From the IMG/VR virus record IMGVR_UViG_3300011115_000889, positions 1 through 52,558 of that record: a DNA stretch of 52,558 nt; one strand, given 5' to 3'. Below, in pieces: positions 34,584 to 43,392 of the stretch. Both the position numbers and the translations under genes were made by a program. The notes beneath the pieces are model-generated. The model worked only from the letters and a program-made list of their open reading frames with translations, ran no database searches and was not told the origin of the DNA. This DNA is from a virus (lineage: Duplodnaviria > Caudoviricetes). Every line of letters begins with the position of its first letter. The stretch's first letter is position 1.

Positions 34584-35776
34584 ATTTAGATGACGACATT
34601 CAGCAATTGTTGGAACCAGTTGAGGCTGGTAAAACGATGGAGCCGACCCGTAAAAAGGATGCTGAGTGGCGTTCAGGGGCAGTCTGGGACGGTAATAGCG
34701 GAACCGTAACCACAGATGCTATTGCTGGTACTGACCCTCCTGAGTGGTCTGCTGTGTTGTCTGTGTTTGAGTTGAATCCTGATGAATACCAAGTTGTTGA
34801 ACCTGTTCTTTTTAACGCTTGGCATGGGGCTACGGCTGATGGACCTCAGTTATTTAGGCAGTGGAAAGCCAAAATTATTCGCCGTGTTCAGGGTTCTGAG
34901 CAATTAGATGTCAGCGAATTAGTTGATGAAATTAAGAAACATAAACCGTCTAAAAGAGTTCCTGTTGGTGATGGTGCTTTTTGTGTTGTATTGGCTGATT
35001 GGCAAATTGGCAAAGAGGGCACCAACGGAACTGTTCAAAGAGTTTTGAAGGGTATTGACGATGTTGAAACGCGAGTTCGGGAATTGCGTAAAATTGGTCG
35101 CTCCCTTGGAACTCTGTTTATTCTCTGGCCTGGGGATAGCGTTGAGGGTTGTGTCGGGTTTTATGCGATGCAAACTTTTGGTGTTGAGTTGGATAGGCGT
35201 GACCAAGTTAAATTAACTCGCCGTTTGTTGCGTGATTCCATTATTAGATGGTCAAAAATTTTTGACAAAGTTGTTGTGGTTGCTGTTGGTGGTAATCATG
35301 GGGAAAATCGTGGCGGTTCGGGTAAGGCTTACACCACTTTTGGCGACAATGATGATTTGGCTGTTGTGGAGCAAGTTGCTGAAATTCTTGCGTCAAATAA
35401 AGAGGCTTATGGACATGTTGAGTTCGTTATGCCTAAAGACCATTTGACTATCACTGTTGAGATTGCTGGTTGGATTCTTGGTTTAACTCATGGACATGTC
35501 GCTCGTTCTGGTGGCACGGCTGAAGCCAAGTTGCATGGCTGGTTCAACAAAATGGCTGGTGGTAAACACAACATTGGCAATTCTGACATTCTTGTCACGG
35601 GTCATTACCATCATTTGCGTCAGGCTGATTGGGGTGGGTGCATGTGGTTGCAAGCCCCTGCGTTGGATTCGGGTTCTGAGTGGTGGCGGTTGGTGTCTGG
35701 TGAGCATTCTCAGGCTGGTATTCTTACTTTTGCTGTGTATCCCGATAAACGAGTAGCGGATTTGGAGATTTTGTGA
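34580..35776 (+). CDS. calcineurin-like metallophosphoesterase / Mre11-like nuclease
   Basis: ADWQIGK, GDSVEG, GNHGE, THGH, GHYHH. Confidence 0.88.
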   Translation: MNLDDDIQQLLEPVEAGKTMEPTRKKDAEWRSGAVWDGNSGTVTTDAIAGTDPPEWSAVLSVFELNPDEYQVVEPVLFNAWHGATADGPQLFRQWKAKIIRRVQGSEQLDVSELVDEIKKHKPSKRVPVGDGAFCVVLADWQIGKEGTNGTVQRVLKGIDDVETRVRELRKIGRSLGTLFILWPGDSVEGCVGFYAMQTFGVELDRRDQVKLTRRLLRDSIIRWSKIFDKVVVVAVGGNHGENRGGSGKAYTTFGDNDDLAVVEQVAEILASNKEAYGHVEFVMPKDHLTITVEIAGWILGLTHGHVARSGGTAEAKLHGWFNKMAGGKHNIGNSDILVTGHYHHLRQADWGGCMWLQAPALDSGSEWWRLVSGEHSQAGILTFAVYPDKRVADLEIL

Positions 35777-36078
35777 TGCAACATCCTGCTGACATTGCGT
35801 CCTATGCGGCGAGTTTAGTGAGTGGCGATAGAAACAATGAGTACGGGCATCCGTTGGACGATTTTTCCCGTGCTGGTTTAATTTGGGAGTCCATTTTGGG
35901 TGTTCCTGTGAGTGCTGAACAGGTTGCTTTGTGCATGATTGGTGTGAAGATTGCCCGTGAGGTTCACAAGTCGAAACCTGACACCATTATTGATGGGATT
36001 GGGTATTTTTTGACCCTTGCTATGGTTCGTGAGGAACGGGCTGAACGCGAAATGGATAAAACTAAACCAGAAGTGTGA
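35773..36078 (+). CDS. DUF6378-like putative nucleotide-processing protein
   Basis: GDRNNEYG.P...VALCMIGVKIARE...DGIGY. Confidence 0.75.
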   Translation: MMQHPADIASYAASLVSGDRNNEYGHPLDDFSRAGLIWESILGVPVSAEQVALCMIGVKIAREVHKSKPDTIIDGIGYFLTLAMVREERAEREMDKTKPEV

Positions 36079-36084
36079 TACACT
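36053..36084 (+). promoter_or_regulatory. repeated early promoter cassette copy (variant)
   Basis: TGGATAAAACTAAACCAGAAGTGTGATACACT then GAAAGTGTCA, as at 6389. Confidence 0.75.
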
Positions 36085-36112
36085 GAAAGTGTCAGGACGA
36101 GAAAGGACACTT

Positions 36113-36301
36113 ATGGGAATCCAAATTGGCACCACAATCACGGTTGAGTTCAGTGCAGAACAAATAGCAAAACTAGATTCAATACTTCAAGCGTATGAGG
36201 CTTATGTTTTCGACCCAGTTACAGAACCAGCCCGTTATGAAAAAGCCCAAAAAGATGTGGCATTAATTTTCAAAGCACTTCATGACGCTGGTTATCGCTA
36301 A
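36113..36301 (+). CDS. 62-aa hypothetical protein
   Basis: ATG after AAAGGA; own promoter cassette. Confidence 0.65.
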   Translation: MGIQIGTTITVEFSAEQIAKLDSILQAYEAYVFDPVTEPARYEKAQKDVALIFKALHDAGYR

Positions 36302-36331
36302 GTTGGAACTAAACTCAAAGTGTGTTATACT
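36302..36331 (+). promoter_or_regulatory. repeated early promoter cassette copy (variant)
   Basis: GTTGGAACTAAACTCAAAGTGTGTTATACT then AAAGTGTAGGG...GAGGAGG. Confidence 0.75.
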
Positions 36332-36356
36332 TAAAGTGTAGGGACGAGGAGGACAA

Positions 36357-37601
36357 ATGGAATCTTACAGTTGGGTGGTTGACCCGTTATCAGCCCAAGC
36401 ATCACTTGAAAAGGCTCAAAAGTTAGTAAAACGAGCAAACAAAAAAGGCTTAAACGGCGGTTATTCAGTTGAACTTGTCAAAAAAGTTAACCCTGAAAAC
36501 GAAGCCGTTTATTACGAAATTGTCGTGTCTGGCACCCCTTATGAGATTGGTGGCTGGACTTTTGTTGGTGTCATCGAATGGGTGCCAGAATCCGAGTTGT
36601 TCATCACCAAATCTTCACCAAACTATGAAGGTGCCGAAATTGACCGTTCCTTGGTCAAGCAAAACGCATGTGACCACTGTGGAACCAACCGTAAGCGTAA
36701 CTACCAAATCGTAGTTGAAAACGCGGAAGGTGAACGCAAGGTTGTTGGCTCCACTTGTACCAAAGACTTCTTAGGCTGGGTTTTCAGCCCAACCTTCATT
36801 GACTCGGAAAAAGATTTGGAAGAATCATTCCGTGGTTACGGTAGTGATTACGAGCGTCCACAAACCAGCGTTTCGGTTTTGGAAACCGCGTTGGCAATCA
36901 TCGCTGAAATTGACGGTGGCTACATTCCATCCAGCAAGTTGGGTGCTACCAAAGATAAGGTTTTGAACTTTGAGTTGATTTGTAGAGAAGAAGCCAAGTC
37001 CCCACAATACCCTTCGCCTTTCACTTTTGCTGGTCGGTCAATTGATTCTGGCAAATACAAGGCTCAAGCAGAAGCGTTGATTGTTGAGGGTCGCAAGTTC
37101 GTAGCCGACAAATCAGGTAGTTACTACGACAACTTGAAGGTTGCCTTGGAAAGCGAGTTCGCGTTTCCATCATTGGTTGGTTTGCTTATTTCAATCATTC
37201 CAGTTTTGAAAAAGGTTGAGTTGGAAGCCATCAAAGCGAAGGCTGAAGCCGAGAAGCGTTTGGAAATCGAAGGCGAAGTCACCATCCAAACTCAGTTCGC
37301 TGAAGTTGGAACCAAGGTGGTGTTGAACCAAGCCAAGGTTGTTGATGTTCACGGCTTTGACGGTGCCTACGGTTGGGTTCAGATTTTCACTTTTGTTGCC
37401 GAGGGTGCCCGATTCAAATGGTTCTCAACTGGTGGCTTTGATGCTGAAATTGGTAGCACGGTCAACTTGAAGGGAACTGTTAAGGGATTTGATACCTACA
37501 AAGATGCTAACTCAACCTTGTTGACCCGATGCTCAGAGGTTAAGCCAAAGTTGACCAAGGCTGAAAAAGAAGCCCTAAAAGAAATCGAATGGGCTTTGTA
37601 A
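36357..37601 (+). CDS. conserved phage protein with zinc site and C-terminal OB-fold-like domain
   Basis: CDHC..R.R..VGSTC; G..V.LKGTVK..Y..T.LTRC. Confidence 0.75.
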   Translation: MESYSWVVDPLSAQASLEKAQKLVKRANKKGLNGGYSVELVKKVNPENEAVYYEIVVSGTPYEIGGWTFVGVIEWVPESELFITKSSPNYEGAEIDRSLVKQNACDHCGTNRKRNYQIVVENAEGERKVVGSTCTKDFLGWVFSPTFIDSEKDLEESFRGYGSDYERPQTSVSVLETALAIIAEIDGGYIPSSKLGATKDKVLNFELICREEAKSPQYPSPFTFAGRSIDSGKYKAQAEALIVEGRKFVADKSGSYYDNLKVALESEFAFPSLVGLLISIIPVLKKVELEAIKAKAEAEKRLEIEGEVTIQTQFAEVGTKVVLNQAKVVDVHGFDGAYGWVQIFTFVAEGARFKWFSTGGFDAEIGSTVNLKGTVKGFDTYKDANSTLLTRCSEVKPKLTKAEKEALKEIEWAL

Positions 37602-37680
37602 ATTGACCCACAACACGGATTGAGTTAAGATTCTTATCAGGCTACTGCCTTGTTGAGAGAACTCGTCCTTCCTTAACACA

Positions 37681-37731
37681 AACGCCGAGTCGTTCTGTTC
37701 TTGCTTTCGGAACGACTCGGTGTTTTTATTT
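37681..37731 (+). terminator. intrinsic terminator
   Basis: AACGCCGAGTCGTTC / GAACGACTCGGTGTT stem followed by TTTATTT. Confidence 0.75.
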
Positions 37732-37870
37732 CGGCGTGTTTCATGTCGGCGTGTCACGCCAAAAATGTATGCTGTGTGGTAACGAAGTGACCAAGGTGTC
37801 CCCAGCCGTTACCGTGCCCTTGGTGGTCTTATGGCAGGGATTTCGCCTTGCCTATTAGACGGGACTGGAA

Positions 37871-38110
37871 ATGCCTAAGTATCGGATACTTAACGGTTTA
37901 ATTAGTTATCCACCCAACAATCATGTTTACGCTGGTGACATTGTTGATGATTTGCCAACAAAATCAATTAAATGGTTGTTGGAAGATGGTCACATTGAAC
38001 TTGCTGACGATTCAAAATCTTCTAAAAAGCCTGTAGCAGTTGAAATTCCTGAAGTTACAGAAGAAACCATTATTGATGAACCCGTTATTGATGAAGAGGT
38101 ATCAGAATAA
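37871..38110 (+). CDS. small tail-region protein
   Basis: AGDIVDDLP..SIKWLLEDGHIE with an acidic tail. Confidence 0.7.
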   Translation: MPKYRILNGLISYPPNNHVYAGDIVDDLPTKSIKWLLEDGHIELADDSKSSKKPVAVEIPEVTEETIIDEPVIDEEVSE

Positions 38111-39090
38111 TGCCAACTTTCCGCCATGGTCGTAAAACGGCTATTTTGTTTGATGCAAATAATCTTTCTCAGTACATGAACTCTGTTGGTGTTTCTAATG
38201 CACTTGACACTAACGAAACCACAACTTTTGGTAATGACGCAAAAACTTACATTACAGGTATTGAAGATGCTGGTGTTTCTTTAAGTGGATTGTTTGAAGG
38301 TTCCGAAAATGACCCAGTTCTTAATAGTGCTTTAGTTGGCGATAATGCAAGCAACATCACTTCAGGTACCAGTAATGGAACTGTCACGATTGCTTTTGTT
38401 GTCCCGACCATGGAACGGGCTTTTATTGCTGGTCAACGAGTTACGGTAAGCAATACCTCTCAAGCAACTCACAATGTTTCTGGCGTAGTTGCCGTGTCAC
38501 CAGCACCAACAACAACCAGTTTTAGTTTAACTACCACAGCGACAGTTGCTACAGCATCTTCAACAGGTGGCAGTGTTGCTACTGACGACAATCGTATTGT
38601 TACCGTGTGCCAAGAAGGTTTGACACAAGGAACTCGTTCTTTACTTGCTTCTACCGTTATAAAAAGTTACGAAATTAAATCAGCAGTTGCTGATGTAGTT
38701 TCTATTTCTGTTGAATTGCAAGCAGATGGTGGGCTTGAGGCTGGTATTGTCCTTCAGGGTGCCACAACTGTTGCAGGTGGTTCTGGTGCAAATAACGGTA
38801 CAACTTTAGATAATGGTGCAACCCTTGGTGCCACTACAAGAGGTTATGTAGCACATTTGCATGTGACTGCAAACACACTAACTGTAAGACCAACTATTGT
38901 TATTCAGCATTCAACCGATGGAAGTACATGGGTTTTGCTGGATACTTTTGCTGGACAACTTGCAGGAATCGCTACGGCAGAGCGTTTAACAGCATCTTCA
39001 ACAACTGTTAACCGTTATGTTCGTGCATTAGTTACCAGTGCATCGGGCACTGGTAGCCTCACCTATTCGATGGCTTTTTCAAGGAGATAA
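38110..39090 (+). CDS. major tail (tube) protein 1 with inserted and C-terminal beta domains
   Basis: MPTFRHG, ETTTFGNDAKTYITG..DA, SYEI.S.VADVV. Confidence 0.8.
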   Translation: MPTFRHGRKTAILFDANNLSQYMNSVGVSNALDTNETTTFGNDAKTYITGIEDAGVSLSGLFEGSENDPVLNSALVGDNASNITSGTSNGTVTIAFVVPTMERAFIAGQRVTVSNTSQATHNVSGVVAVSPAPTTTSFSLTTTATVATASSTGGSVATDDNRIVTVCQEGLTQGTRSLLASTVIKSYEIKSAVADVVSISVELQADGGLEAGIVLQGATTVAGGSGANNGTTLDNGATLGATTRGYVAHLHVTANTLTVRPTIVIQHSTDGSTWVLLDTFAGQLAGIATAERLTASSTTVNRYVRALVTSASGTGSLTYSMAFSRR

Positions 39091-39091
39091 C

Positions 39092-39535
39092 ATGCCAACT
39101 TTTCGTCACGGTAAATCCGCAGTATTCACTATTACTGACGGCACAAGCAATACAACAACAGTACGCGACATTTCTAATGTTATTCAGGATGTCGGCTTTT
39201 CACGCTCACTTGATTTGGGTGAAGTAACCGCACTTGGTAACTCAGCAAAGGCTTACATTACAGGTTTACAAGATGCAAGCATTTCTGTGTCAATGAAGTA
39301 CGATTCAACAGTTGATGGCTACATTCAGACAGTTATTTCTGCTCTTACAGGTGGAACTCAAGATTACTTGTCATGGACTTACAAGGCTAACAGTGGTGCC
39401 ACCAGTGCAACAAATCCAGTTTGGTCAGGAACTGCTGTAATTAAGTCTTATGAAGTCAAGGCTGGCGTTGGCGATGTAGTAGCATCTTCGCTAGAACTAC
39501 AAGTTACGGGCACCATAACCCGTGCAACATCATAA
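39092..39535 (+). CDS. major tail (tube) protein 2, paralog
   Basis: MPTFRHGK, EVTALGNSAKAYITGLQDA, SYEV..VGDVV..LQVTG.ITRAT. Confidence 0.85.
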   Translation: MPTFRHGKSAVFTITDGTSNTTTVRDISNVIQDVGFSRSLDLGEVTALGNSAKAYITGLQDASISVSMKYDSTVDGYIQTVISALTGGTQDYLSWTYKANSGATSATNPVWSGTAVIKSYEVKAGVGDVVASSLELQVTGTITRATS

Positions 39536-39582
39536 CTAAATAAAACAATCGTGGCTTAGTGCCCCAAACCCTAGGAGTAAAA

Positions 39583-39954
39583 ATGTCCCTTCGTGACAAA
39601 ATTCTGGCAACAGATGACATCTTGAAAAAAATTGTTAGTGTCCCTGAATGGGGCATTGATGTTGAAGTTCGTGGAATGACTGGTGCTGACCGTACCACAA
39701 TCCTTGAGAACGCTGTCAACCCAACTACGGGAGCAGTTGACTTGAGAATTATGTACCCAGCAATGGTTATTGCATCATGCTTTGACCCTGAAACAGGGGA
39801 ACAGATTTTTACTCCAGAGGACAAAGACTTGTTGCTGGCTAAATCTGCTACTGCTCTTGACCGTTTGGCTCAGGAAGCAATGCAGGTTGGTGGACTCACG
39901 AATGATGAGGTCGAACAAGCAGGTAAACAATTTCCTGCTGTATCCGAATCGTAG
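39583..39954 (+). CDS. tail assembly chaperone (gpG-like)
   Basis: LRDKIL..V.VPEWG..VEVRGMTG; located before the tape measure gene. Confidence 0.85.
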   Translation: MSLRDKILATDDILKKIVSVPEWGIDVEVRGMTGADRTTILENAVNPTTGAVDLRIMYPAMVIASCFDPETGEQIFTPEDKDLLLAKSATALDRLAQEAMQVGGLTNDEVEQAGKQFPAVSES

Positions 39955-40099
39955 ATTCGTTTTCACTCTGGCACGGGAGTTGGGGAAAACGGTTGGGGAA
40001 CTGCTTTACGGCAGTCCCAGCCAACCCCCGATTTCTGGTTACGAGTTAATGCAATGGGAGGCTTTGTACGCATTGGAAGCCGAAGAATCTAAAGATTAA
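39932..40099 (+). CDS. tail assembly chaperone frameshift extension (gpT-like)
   Basis: RRFVFTLARELGKTVGELL..IS..EL..W.A.Y in the +1 frame overlapping the end of gpG. Confidence 0.7.
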   Translation, partial: FLLYPNRRFVFTLARELGKTVGELLYGSPSQPPISGYELMQWEALYALEAEESKD

Positions 40100-40114
40100 C
40101 TGTAAGGAGTTGAA

Positions 40115-43100
40115 ATGTCTGAATCCATCGTCACTGATGTGATTGCAAGGATTTCTGCTGACTCCGCAAATTTTGTTCGTGGCATGCAAATGGCCGCGGA
40201 TTCTGCCCAGCGTATGCAACAGGTTGTTGCTGGTGGTACTGAGCAAATCAATGGGATGACTGCAAGCATGGAAGGCATGCAGATGCGTTCCCAAATGATT
40301 CAAAAAGGTCTTGCCACTCTTGGTGTTGTTGCTGGTGTCGCTGGTGGTGCTTTAATTCATTTTGGCATGAAATCTTTTGAAGCGGCCGCCCGTGTTAACG
40401 AACTTGACATTGCGATGCAAGCAGTTGGTCGTTCAACTGGTTTAGGTTACACAAAACTTAAAGAAGCGACCATTGCAGTTCGTGACAATGGTATCGAAAT
40501 GCATGCGGCCCAAGAAATGATTTTGTTGTATGCAAAAGCAAATCTTGATGTTGCTAAGGCTCAAGAAGTTTCCCGTGTTGCACAGGATTTGGCTGTTATC
40601 TCGCAATCAAACTCAACGGAAACTGCTACTCGTTTGACTTACGCCATTATGAACCAAGATACTCAAATGCTTCGTTCTGTTGGTATTACTAAATCTGCTG
40701 GTGAAGCGTTTAACGAGTACGCAATGGCTAACCACATGACCGTTAAGTCCATGACTGAAATGGATAAAAAAGCGGCGATTACTAACATGATTATTGCTGA
40801 GGGTGCCAAAGTTGCTGGCGTTTACGAAAAGGCTATGGAAGAACCTGCTAAAGTTTTGCGTTCGTTCCCTCGTATTTTTGATGACATTTATGAATCAGTT
40901 GGTCAAGGTTTAACTAAAGCCTTTGGTCCATTAATTCTTAGTGCTTACGATGCCACTAAAGCATTTAGTAAATTGGTGCGTGAAGGTGGGGCATTTAATT
41001 ACATTTTTGAGGCTATTGGGCGTACTTTTAGTTACATAACAAAACCATTGACTGACATTATTAAAAAAGTTGGTGAGTTTTTTAAGAAAAAACAAGAACT
41101 TTATGACATGAGTAAAAAGTGGCGTGAGTCTGCTGAAGGTGTTGCAGACTTGAATACGCACACTCAGGAACTTGCTCAAAAATTTGCAATGTTGATGCCT
41201 TTAATTACGGCTGTAACAGGATTTTTGGCTATTAAGGCTGGAAATACTTTCTTAGGCGATTTGCCTATTATTGGTGATTTTCTTGGAAATCTAAATCCTG
41301 TTTTGGGTGCTTTAGTTGGCATGATTTTGACAAGTCCAGAAATTCAAAAAGCGTTAATGAGTATTGTCAAGGGTTTGGCTCCTTTACTTAAAATTGGTAA
41401 AGACATAGCGGCCTTCTTCGCAAAAGTTTTGAATGGTGTTTTGCATCTTGTTGCTCAGGGGCTTAAAGAAATGGCTAAATGGGTTGCTGTTGGAGTTGAA
41501 TGGCTGGATAAACATCGAATTGTTGTTTACGCAATTGTCGCTATTTTGGCTATTTACATGCTCCGAACTCAAGGTATGACTAAGGCTACCGAGTTGTTGG
41601 GTAAGGCTACTTAGTTTGTTAAAAAAATGTTGGCTGGCGTTAATGTTCAAATTTTGCTTTCTACAGCAGTAATTGTTGCTTTGGTTGGTGCTTTTATTTA
41701 TGCGTATACGCATTCCACGACATTTGCCAATCAAGTTGGCAAAGCCTTTAATGCAGTTATGAGAGTTGTTGTTTTGGTTGTTGGCAACATTTTGAAATAC
41801 TTGGGCATGTTTTTAACTGCTTACGGCAATTTAATTAGTTCAAGTAGCGGTTTTGGTAAATTTGTTCGTCAAATGTGGACTGCTATTGGTAAAACACTGC
41901 TTACTGTTATTGGTTTTATTTTGACTATGCTTGGCAGATTTTTAATTGCAATGTCGGACAACATTAAAGCCCATGGTGTTTTGTATAAAGCAATTGCCAC
42001 ATACATTAACGGCGTTTTGAAAATTTACACTGCTGTCATTGCGGCGATTCTTGAGGGCGTTGCAGTTATTTTGCGTGGTTTAGGTAAATGGTTGACTGGT
42101 ATGCAATCTTTTGGCGAATCTTATACTCAAGTTTCTAATGGGCTATTGCAAATTACAAAGAATCTTGCCACTGTCATGTTTAAAATTTTTAAAGGCATTG
42201 CCACTGCTGTTTTCAATCTTGGAAAAAGCATTGTTGCTGGTGTCGTTAATTGGGCAAAAGGAATTATTGTTGCACAAGAAGAAATTGATGATTCTACGGC
42301 TAAATTGGGTGACAATACTCAAAAATGGCAGTATAAAGTTGGCACTCAAATGCTTGGATTTGCTGACACTTTAGAATCTTGGGCAACTAAAGTCAGAGCA
42401 GTTGGTAATACACCTATTGGTGAAAAAGTTGCCGAATTTTTGGGTAAGGCTTTTGGTGTTGCTGGAAATCAATTAGTTAAATGGGGTGGACAAGCCACCG
42501 AGTTTGCTGGAAAAGTTGAAGGCATTGTTAACACTGTTGTTGACACAATTTCTGATGGCATGTTAAAGGCTGGGTCTTGGCTCACCAGTGCTAGTGTCAC
42601 TGTTTTGGCTCATGCTAATGATGATTTCTTTACTATGTTGAAAGATACTGCTAAAAAGTTTGGCGAGTTGTCTAAAGATTTGTTTGGTTCAGGCAAAGAA
42701 AAAGAAAAAGACACAGGTACAAATCCTATTGTTACTGCTAATCAAAAAATGCTTCAGGATTTGAAAAAGATTGGTGCTGACGCTAAAAAAATTGCCAAAG
42801 ATGTAAGTCAAACTGTTTTAGATAGTATGAAAGAACGGGCACAAAAAGTTCTAGATTTTGCTAACGAAGTGCGTTCTAACATGAATTCTTATGGCAGTTT
42901 GATGTCCCTTGATGCTACTGCGGATACGCCTGTGAGTTCGGAAATGATTATTGCTAATCTTTCGCAAAGGTTTGCTCGCATTACTGAGTTTGGTAACGAT
43001 TTGAAAAAACTCAGGAGCATGAAGTTGAATCCTGCTTATTTGCAAGAATTAATTAGTGCAGGTCCTGATGCTGGTGGCAAAATGGCTAAGGCTCTTATCA

Positions 43101-43390
43101 ATGCTGGTAAGGGTGGGGTTGACCAAGTTAATACTTTGCAGACTGCTATTGATACTGCTTCTTTTGCAGTTGGTGACATTGCGGCTAAATCTCAGTTCGG
43201 TATGGGTGTTGCTGAGGCTAAGGGTGTTCAGGCTACCACGGTTCAAACTTTCCAAAATGGTGCTTTCCAGTTCAGTTTTGGGGCTAATGTTGATGCAACT
43301 ACAAGGGCAGAGATGACAAAAGAAATGACAAAGGCTATTAAGACAGCGTTGGCTGAGGCTGTGCGTCAGGGTAAGGCTAAGGCTAAATAA
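40115..43390 (+). CDS. tape measure protein interrupted by one in-frame TAG at 41612-41614
   Basis: ORFs 40115-41614 and 41627-43390 are in the same frame and read continuously as helical Ala/Gly-rich TMP. Confidence 0.85.
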
Positions 43391-43392
43391 TT

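Noticed and set aside
41612-41614. Genome-wide TAG recoding
   Set aside because: TAG ends many genes at sensible boundaries (e.g. 6355, 12877, 14401, 32364) and no other gene is fragmented
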